The notes under the pieces were generated by a model. It made no database searches, was not told where the DNA came from, and saw nothing but the letters and a program-made list of their open reading frames with translations. A program made the position numbers and the translations under genes. From Flavobacteriales bacterium 34_180_T64 (GTDB taxonomy: Bacteria; Bacteroidota; Bacteroidia; Flavobacteriales; Flavobacteriaceae): a DNA stretch of 24,000 bases. The stretch is taken from NCBI GenBank assembly GCA_002162765.1, contig MAAR01000012.1:155199-179198 (forward strand), in the 5' to 3' direction. Positions 10,905-16,919 of the stretch are shown here, in pieces (the stretch's first letter is position 1; the number at the start of each line of letters is the position of its first letter).

Positions 10905-12033
10905 AAAGCTACAAACCAAAATTGACCAACGTGTTAAAGAAGATGCACTACGCCAACTTGGTGAACACAGTAATATCGTGGATTTTGCTTCTAACGACTA
11001 TTTAGGATTTTCAAAATCAAGAACCATTTTTAATAAAACTCATGATTATCTTGTTGGACATGATTGTTTGCAGAATGGATCAACCGGTTCTCGCTTATTA
11101 TCCGGAAACCATCCTTTATATACAACTTTAGAAAGCATCCTTTGTGAATTCCATAATAGTGATTCAGCTTTGGTTTTTAATTCTGGTTATGATGCCAATT
11201 TAGGATTCTTTTCTTCGGTACCTCAACGCAGTGATCTCATTTTATATGACGAGTATATTCACGCTTCCATAAGAGATGGGATTCAACTTTCAAATGCAAA
11301 AGCTTATAAGTTTAAGCACAATGATATTGAGCATTTAATCTTACGTCATTCTGAACTTGTTTCAGAATCTCATCAACATATTTATATCGTGACAGAATCC
11401 GTGTTTTCTATGGATGGTGATTCACCTGATTTAAAAGGGTTCGTCGAATTCTGCAATCAAAATGACTGTTTTTTGATTACTGATGAAGCACATTCCGTTG
11501 GAGTTCACGGTAAAAACGGCATCGGTTTACTGCAAGATTTAAATCTAGAAAAAGATGTATTTGCTAGAATTATAACCTTTGGAAAAGCTTTGGGCTCGCA
11601 TGGTGCTGCAATTCTATGTCATGAAGATTTGAAGTCCTACTTAGTCAATTTTGCCCGCTCGTTTATTTATACCACAGCCTTAACTCCTCATACATTAGCA
11701 ACAATTTCGACTGCCTATAATGAAATGTTGATGACCTCTGCATTAGAAAAACTGCAGCAAAACATCAAGTTTTTCAATACTGAAATTAAACGACTCAACC
11801 TAAAACAGTTCTTTATTCAAAGTACTTCGTCTATACAATCATGTGTGTTGTCAGGAAATGAAACTGTGAAAACTATTGCTGAAAAATTACAGGTTCTAAA
11901 TTACAATGTGAAGCCTATTTTATCCCCTACAGTTCCCAAAGGAGAAGAACGCTTACGATTTTGTTTACATTCTTATAATTCTGAGAAAGAAATGACTGAA
12001 GTTTTAACCATGTTAGCTACTTTTGTGTTATAA
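10888..12033 (+). CDS. bioF: 8-amino-7-oxononanoate synthase
   Basis: 381 aa class-II aminotransferase-like. GSTGSRLLSGN, IVTESVFSMDGD, ITDEAHSVG and the PLP-lysine context TFGKALGSHGAAI. Start could be the second ATG at 10891. Carries an in-frame copy of the 31-nt hairpin element at 11344-11374. Confidence 0.9.
   Translation: MMKIPKKLQTKIDQRVKEDALRQLGEHSNIVDFASNDYLGFSKSRTIFNKTHDYLVGHDCLQNGSTGSRLLSGNHPLYTTLESILCEFHNSDSALVFNSGYDANLGFFSSVPQRSDLILYDEYIHASIRDGIQLSNAKAYKFKHNDIEHLILRHSELVSESHQHIYIVTESVFSMDGDSPDLKGFVEFCNQNDCFLITDEAHSVGVHGKNGIGLLQDLNLEKDVFARIITFGKALGSHGAAILCHEDLKSYLVNFARSFIYTTALTPHTLATISTAYNEMLMTSALEKLQQNIKFFNTEIKRLNLKQFFIQSTSSIQSCVLSGNETVKTIAEKLQVLNYNVKPILSPTVPKGEERLRFCLHSYNSEKEMTEVLTMLATFVL
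11344..11374 (+). repeat. 31-nt hairpin repeat, copy 1 (inside bioF, in frame)
   Basis: CGTCATTCTGAACTTGTTTCAGAATCTCATC. Stem ATTCTGAA/TTCAGAAT (11348-11355 / 11361-11368), loop CTTGT. Translated in the bioF frame as RHSELVSESH. Confidence 0.85.
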
Positions 12034-12042
12034 TCTTTTTAA

Positions 12043-12420
12043 ATGAAAGACAGCCATACCGTTTTAGCCGTATTTGAATATTCAACTGAAGCTCAAATCA
12101 CTAAAACTAAATTAGAATCTGAAGATATAAGAGCAATTTTGGCTGACGAAAAAACAATCGATACAGATCCATTATTAAGTCAAGCAATTGGTGGTGTCAA
12201 ATTATTGGTTCATAACGATGATTTCGATAAAGCTGTAAAAATCTATAACGATATAAGAGCCTATAGAAAAGATGTAAATGGAAATGAGGTACATTGTGTA
12301 AATTGTAATTCTACTCGGGTTTTAATGGCGCCGCCTAACCGTAAAAAATTCTTATATATGTTATTCCCTTTTTTCGAAAAAAGTAAAAATATGTGTAACG
12401 ATTGTAAAACTATATTCTAA
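12043..12420 (+). CDS. Hypothetical protein: DUF2007-like N-terminal domain plus C-terminal CxxC...CxxC zinc ribbon
   Basis: 125 aa. The N-terminal ~70 aa resemble the small 'putative signal transducing' DUF2007 fold pattern (my recollection). The C-terminus has CVNC (x30) CNDC. Starts 9 nt after the bioF stop, and its TAA abuts the bioD ATG. Confidence 0.55.
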   Translation: MKDSHTVLAVFEYSTEAQITKTKLESEDIRAILADEKTIDTDPLLSQAIGGVKLLVHNDDFDKAVKIYNDIRAYRKDVNGNEVHCVNCNSTRVLMAPPNRKKFLYMLFPFFEKSKNMCNDCKTIF

Positions 12421-13029
12421 ATGAAGCGCATATTTGTAACTGGTATTTCTACAGATGTTGGTAAAACTATTGCTTGTGCAATACTTACAGAAGCCCTTAA
12501 AGCGGATTACTGGAAGCCTATACAAGCTGGAGAATTAGAATCTTGTGACACAAAAAGAGTTCAGCAATTAGTGGCAAACAAAATTTCAAAATTTCATCAA
12601 AATTCATATGCATTACATACTCCTATGAGTCCTCATGCGGCGGCAGATATTGATGGTATTTCGATTGATTTAAAATCTATTAAACCGCCAAAAACTAAAA
12701 ACCACTTGATTATTGAAGGTGCAGGCGGATTATTGGTACCAATAAATGACACTCAAACAGTTTTGGATATAATGGAACCTAATTCAAAAGTGATTGTCGT
12801 TTCAAGACACTATTTAGGTAGTATAAACCATACCCTTTTAACGGTTAACCTTCTTAAAGAAAAAGGTTTTGACGTGTCAATTATTTTTAGTGGTGATGAA
12901 CACGAAACAACAGAAGATATAATTACAAAAATGACCAACGTGCCAATTATTGGCCGTATAAATGAAGAGCCTTACTTCGATAAAAATGTTGTTAAGGAAT
13001 ATGCAGAATTATTCAAAGAAATGTTATAA
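12421..13029 (+). CDS. bioD: Dethiobiotin synthetase
   Basis: 202 aa. P-loop VTGISTDVGKT, EGAGGLLVP motif, size and context. Confidence 0.9.
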   Translation: MKRIFVTGISTDVGKTIACAILTEALKADYWKPIQAGELESCDTKRVQQLVANKISKFHQNSYALHTPMSPHAAADIDGISIDLKSIKPPKTKNHLIIEGAGGLLVPINDTQTVLDIMEPNSKVIVVSRHYLGSINHTLLTVNLLKEKGFDVSIIFSGDEHETTEDIITKMTNVPIIGRINEEPYFDKNVVKEYAELFKEML

Positions 13030-13030
13030 T

Positions 13031-13061
13031 CGTCACACTGAACTTGTTTCAGTGTCGCATC
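13031..13061 (+). repeat. 31-nt hairpin repeat, copy 2
   Basis: CGTCACACTGAACTTGTTTCAGTGTCGCATC. Stem ACACTGAA/TTCAGTGT (13035-13042 / 13048-13055), loop CTTGT. Begins 1 nt after the bioD stop. Confidence 0.85.
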
Positions 13062-13068
13062 ATAATTT

Positions 13069-13347
13069 ATGAAATCTAGTTATGTTTACATATTAACCAA
13101 TCCATATAGAACTACATTTTATATTGGAGTAACAGACAATTTACATAAAAGATTAGAAGAACATTACGATGAAACTGCTTCAAAATTTACTAAAAAATAC
13201 AACATTAAAGATTTGATTTATTTTGAAAATTTTACTGAAATAGAACAGGCGATTGCAAGAGAAAAACAATTGAAAAATTGGCATAAAGCATGGAAATTGA
13301 ATTTAATTAAAACATTAAATCCAACTTTAAAAACTTTAGATTATTAA
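13069..13347 (+). CDS. GIY-YIG nuclease-family small protein (COG2827/UPF0213-like)
   Basis: 92 aa. YVYILTN...FYIGVTDNLHKRLEEH...FTKKY...LIYFE...AIAREKQLKNW matches the GIY / YIG / R / E signature order of the small stand-alone GIY-YIG proteins. Confidence 0.9.
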   Translation: MKSSYVYILTNPYRTTFYIGVTDNLHKRLEEHYDETASKFTKKYNIKDLIYFENFTEIEQAIAREKQLKNWHKAWKLNLIKTLNPTLKTLDY

Positions 13348-13362
13348 ATTTACAATACAAAT

Positions 13363-13393
13363 AATGAGATGCTGAAACAAGTTCAGCATGACG
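13363..13393 (-). repeat. 31-nt hairpin repeat, copy 3 (inverted)
   Basis: Reverse complement reads CGTCATGCTGAACTTGTTTCAGCATCTCATT. Stem ATGCTGAA/TTCAGCAT (13369-13376 / 13382-13389). It supplies the ATG used by the ORF track as the bioA start. Confidence 0.85.
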
Positions 13394-13404
13394 AACGACC
13401 AACA

Positions 13405-14670
13405 ATGACATTACAAGAGAGAGATAAAAAACACCTCTGGCATCCCTTGACGCAACATAAATTGCATCCAGATCATATTGCAATCACAAAAGCTAAAGGA
13501 TGCATGTTGACTGATGAAAACGGGAGATCCTATATTGATGCTATCGCTTCTTGGTACACTTCAATGTATGGGCATTGCAATTCGTATATCACTTCTCAGG
13601 TTACTGAACAAATGCAATCTCTGGATCAAATTGTTTTCAGTGGATTTACACATGAGCCCGCCATTCAATTGAGTGAAGCGCTTATTAAAATACTCCCTGA
13701 AAATCAAAATAAAATTTTCTTTAGTGATAATGGTTCAACTAGTGTTGAGATTGGAATAAAAATGGCATTGCAATTTCATTTCAACAATCATGAAAAGAGA
13801 AATACTTTAATTGCTTTTGAAGATGGGTTTCATGGGGACACATTCGGAGCCATGAGTGTTTCCGGATTGTCCGTTTATAATGGCCCTTTTGAAGACTATT
13901 TTTTAGATGTTAAACGGATTCCTACACCTAATGGAAAGAATCATGATTTTATTTTAGATGCGTTAAAATCCATAACTGAATCTCACAAAGTGGCAGGTTT
14001 CATTTATGAGCCTTTAGTTCAAGGTGCGGCGGCAATGAAAATGCATAATACCGAAGGATTAGATTTAATATTGAAATTTTGTAAAGACCATAAAATCATT
14101 ACTGTTGCTGATGAAGTTATGACAGGATTTGGTAAAACTGGCCGTAATTTTGCATCGGATTATATGTCGAATAAACCTGATATTATATGCTTGAGTAAGT
14201 CGTTAACAGCTGGATTATTACCAATGGCAATTACGTCCTGTTCTCAAGAAATTTACGAAGCTTTTTATAGTGATGATATAAGTAAAGGATTGTTTCATGG
14301 GCACACCTACTCTGCTAATCCATTGGCTTGTAGAGCAGCAATAGCAGGCATTGAATTATTACAATCTGAAGAAATTCAAGAAAACATCAAACGTATTATA
14401 GCATCTCATCGCAGGTTCGATGAACGCATAAAAAACCATTCGAAAGTAAAATCAACACGTCAAACAGGAATTATTTTCGCATTAGATTTAAACATTGAAA
14501 TGGAGCGCTATGGAAATTTACGAGACAAACTCTTCAATTTCTTTATGAACAATGGCGTGTTTTTAAGGCCACTTGGAAATACAATCTATATTCTAGCGCC
14601 TTATGTGATTAGTGAAACTGAATTGAAAAAAGTGTATGCGGTTATTGAAGAGGCTTTAAATACCTTCTAA
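13405..14670 (+). CDS. bioA: Adenosylmethionine-8-amino-7-oxononanoate aminotransferase
   Basis: Class-III aminotransferase. LWHPLTQH near the N-terminus, DEVMTGFGKTG, and the PLP-lysine context ICLSKSLTAG. I place the start at ATG 13405 (MTLQERDKKHLWHP). The track start at 13369 adds MLKQVQHDERPT, which is simply the translated hairpin repeat. Confidence 0.9.
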   Translation: MTLQERDKKHLWHPLTQHKLHPDHIAITKAKGCMLTDENGRSYIDAIASWYTSMYGHCNSYITSQVTEQMQSLDQIVFSGFTHEPAIQLSEALIKILPENQNKIFFSDNGSTSVEIGIKMALQFHFNNHEKRNTLIAFEDGFHGDTFGAMSVSGLSVYNGPFEDYFLDVKRIPTPNGKNHDFILDALKSITESHKVAGFIYEPLVQGAAAMKMHNTEGLDLILKFCKDHKIITVADEVMTGFGKTGRNFASDYMSNKPDIICLSKSLTAGLLPMAITSCSQEIYEAFYSDDISKGLFHGHTYSANPLACRAAIAGIELLQSEEIQENIKRIIASHRRFDERIKNHSKVKSTRQTGIIFALDLNIEMERYGNLRDKLFNFFMNNGVFLRPLGNTIYILAPYVISETELKKVYAVIEEALNTF

Positions 14671-15090
14671 ATTCTTATCTATTAAGTTTATTTCCTCTTG
14701 AGTCTCTTTTATTCTTACATATAATTCTTCATAGACCCATTCGCCATCAATTTTCTCTCCAACTACATAAATAGTCCCTTGACCATCAGATCCTTTAATA
14801 GGAATTCTAATATCTACATGCCCAGAATCTCCATTTTTTAAAGAAATATTTCCCTGCATGATCCCATTGGTCTCAATTGGGTCTCCTAAATGATAGGCAA
14901 CAATATCACTGAGTTTAGCTTCTTGAAGAGCATATTCATATGGTCCCGAATTTTTAATGGCATTTGTAACACCGAAAATTATTGCGCCAATTCCGAATAC
15001 AAATAATAAAATAACGGTAAGGCAACCACCTACAGGTAATAACCACAACCAATTTCTACCAAACCAACTTTTTTGTTTTACCTCTTCCAT
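14656..15090 (-). CDS. Small N-terminally anchored membrane protein (Coa1-like family, by recollection)
   Basis: 144 aa. One TM (WLWLLPVGGCLTVILLFVFGIGAIIFGV) followed by a ~100-aa soluble domain. Convergent with bioA, with 3' ends overlapping by 15 nt. The family label is from memory of similar Flavobacteriia annotations. Confidence 0.55.
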   Translation of the reverse strand: MEEVKQKSWFGRNWLWLLPVGGCLTVILLFVFGIGAIIFGVTNAIKNSGPYEYALQEAKLSDIVAYHLGDPIETNGIMQGNISLKNGDSGHVDIRIPIKGSDGQGTIYVVGEKIDGEWVYEELYVRIKETQEEINLIDKNLEGI

Positions 15091-15201
15091 AGATTCAATT
15101 ATATCTAAAGATAGGTATCTCTCATATAGTACTTGTTACAGAAATTGAAAATTATTTCCACAACAAGTTTCAAATTTCTGTGAAATGAATTCAGGATGGC
15201 T

Positions 15202-15209
15202 TATTTTTG
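15202..15209 (+). promoter_or_regulatory. Candidate -7 box (TAnnTTTG) for the second bio sub-operon
   Basis: TATTTTTG. Its terminal TTG is the very codon the ORF track uses as the KAS start (15207), so either the box or that start is wrong. Confidence 0.3.
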
Positions 15210-16376
15210 TCAAAAGAAAAAACCTTGCTTAAACCCATATCGATTACCGCCATAGCTGCTATTTCTCCCTTGGGAAATTCTTTAGATGAGGCTTGGGAAA
15301 ATTATAAAAACAACGCCCATTTTATTTCTGAAAAACAATTTTCAACTCAGCGTGTATTAATTTCGGAATTGTCTAATGAAGTACAGGCTGAAATAGAAAT
15401 TTTGAGACAATCTGAATCAAAATATAAAGCACTTGATAATTCAGTACTTTATGCCATATACACCTCTAGAAAAGCCGTAAAACAGGCAAATTGGAATTCT
15501 GAAGATCAATTTGGAATTAATATTGGATCTTCAAGAGGCGCAACACAGCTTTTCGAAACATATCATGAAGCATATCTCAAAAATAAAACCTCACACCCAT
15601 TAAGTTCCCCGACTACAACACTAGGTAATATTTCATCTTGGGTGGCCCATGATTTAAATTCTAAAGGACCTGAAATCAGTCACTCAATTACATGTTCCAC
15701 TGCCTTACATGCTATGCTTAATGGTATTGCCTGGATTAATGCTGGCATGTCTGACAAGTTTTTAGTTGGAGGAAGTGAAGCACCATTGACTGGCTTCACA
15801 ATTGCACAAATGCAGGCCTTAAAAATTTATGCAAAACACACTACAGATTATCCATGTCGAGCGTTAGATTTTTCAAAAAATGAAAATGAGATGGTTTTAG
15901 GTGAAGCCGCTGCTTCAGTTTGCCTAGAACAGGGTGAAACAAAAAATGCTTTGGCTGTAATTAAAAGCTTTGGATATGCTACCGAATTATTGGAACATAA
16001 CGCATCTTTATCAACTAATGCTATCTGTTTTCAGCGTTCCATGACAATGGCTTTAGGAGACATGGATCCCGCTTCAATTGATGTTATTGTTACACACACT
16101 CCAGGAACAATAAAAGGAGATATTTCTGAACATAATGCTATTAAAACTGTGTTCAAAAATAAAATTCCATCACTTACAAATAACAAATGGAAAATTGGTC
16201 ATAGTCTTGGAGCATCCGGTTTGACGAGTATTGAAATGGCCATTCTCATGTTGAAACATCAAGAATTTATAGGGGTTCCTTTTTGCAATGAACCGAAACC
16301 AAAAAAACTTCAAAACATTCTAATAAATGCAGTTGGTTTTGGTGGAAATGCGGTGAGTATTCTAATATCTAAATAA
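15207..16376 (+). CDS. Beta-ketoacyl synthase, KAS I/II (FabB/FabF)-like, embedded in the biotin locus
   Basis: 389 aa. Cys-His-His set in FabF-like contexts: GPEISHSITCSTALHA (Cys), VTHTPGTIKGD (His), NNKWKIGHSLGASG (Lys/His). C-terminal NAVGFGGNAVSILISK. No in-frame ATG near the 5' end; candidate starts are TTG 15207 or TTG 15225. Confidence 0.8.
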   Translation: MSKEKTLLKPISITAIAAISPLGNSLDEAWENYKNNAHFISEKQFSTQRVLISELSNEVQAEIEILRQSESKYKALDNSVLYAIYTSRKAVKQANWNSEDQFGINIGSSRGATQLFETYHEAYLKNKTSHPLSSPTTTLGNISSWVAHDLNSKGPEISHSITCSTALHAMLNGIAWINAGMSDKFLVGGSEAPLTGFTIAQMQALKIYAKHTTDYPCRALDFSKNENEMVLGEAAASVCLEQGETKNALAVIKSFGYATELLEHNASLSTNAICFQRSMTMALGDMDPASIDVIVTHTPGTIKGDISEHNAIKTVFKNKIPSLTNNKWKIGHSLGASGLTSIEMAILMLKHQEFIGVPFCNEPKPKKLQNILINAVGFGGNAVSILISK

Positions 16377-16412
16377 TCAAATTTATCTAAAACCATAATT
16401 AAATTAAAACCA

Positions 16413-16892
16413 ATGAACACAAAAATTAGATACATAAAGAAAGTACCAATAATGAAACTCATTTTTGGTTTTGTTTTATTTTGTTTTGGGATACATGGTG
16501 CTATATTCAACAATGTTTTTAATTTAGTTTTATCTGGAATTGGTGTGTTCTTAATGTTGGCCCAAGGATCAGAAATAGATTTAAAAACAAAAAGATATAG
16601 AGAATTATATACTGTATTAGGAATTGACCTCGGTAAATGGAAAAATTTACCCGTAATTGAATATATTTCAGTATTCGCTACTTCAGAAAGCAGCAAAGTC
16701 CAGGCAATGGGAGCGTCAGCTAACTTTAAAAATAAAATTATAAAACTAAATTTATTTTATAATACGAATAAAAAAATAGAAGCTTATAGAACTGAAGATG
16801 TTTCTGATGCATTTAATGTTGCAAAACATTTTTCTGAAGTATTAAATATTGATATTTTAGATGCTACAGAACAAGAATCTAAATGGTTATAA
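16413..16892 (+). CDS. Hypothetical 2-TM membrane protein, bio-locus paralog B
   Basis: 159 aa. Two hydrophobic segments (MKLIFGFVLFCFGIHGAIF; LVLSGIGVFLMLA). The C-terminal domain is homologous to 10359..10904. Ends 27 nt before bioB. Confidence 0.7.
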   Translation: MNTKIRYIKKVPIMKLIFGFVLFCFGIHGAIFNNVFNLVLSGIGVFLMLAQGSEIDLKTKRYRELYTVLGIDLGKWKNLPVIEYISVFATSESSKVQAMGASANFKNKIIKLNLFYNTNKKIEAYRTEDVSDAFNVAKHFSEVLNIDILDATEQESKWL

Positions 16893-16919
16893 TTACTTTT
16901 ACAAAAAAATCCGCTTTAC

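Larger units (their letters stand above)
13031..13393 (+). mobile_element. Putative compact GIY-YIG cassette: GIY-YIG ORF bracketed by inverted copies of the 31-nt hairpin element
   Basis: Copies 2 (+) and 3 (-) sit 7 nt before the start and 15 nt after the stop of the GIY-YIG ORF. Together they fill essentially the whole bioD-bioA spacer. No target-site duplication is evident, and mobility is inferred, not shown. Confidence 0.4.

Noticed and set aside
10888-12033. bioF as a pseudogene disrupted by the repeat
   Set aside because: The repeat is in frame, the ORF is full length, and all catalytic motifs on both sides are intact.
15128-15146. Possible degenerate fourth copy of the hairpin repeat (TAGTACTTGTTACAGAA, containing the CTTGT loop)
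   Set aside because: Only a 3-4 bp stem can form and the conserved CGTCA/TC.CAT flanks are absent. The resemblance is limited to the loop and a few adjacent bases.
14957-15148. Plus-strand 63-aa ORF overlapping the minus-strand membrane-protein gene
   Set aside because: It is antisense to a longer ORF that has a coherent TM-plus-soluble-domain organisation. It has no motifs and is likely spurious.
16310-16696. Minus-strand 128-aa ORF spanning the KAS 3' end and the start of paralog B
   Set aside because: It overlaps the conserved C-terminus of the KAS and the N-terminus of a protein that has an in-window paralog. The plus-strand genes explain the region better.
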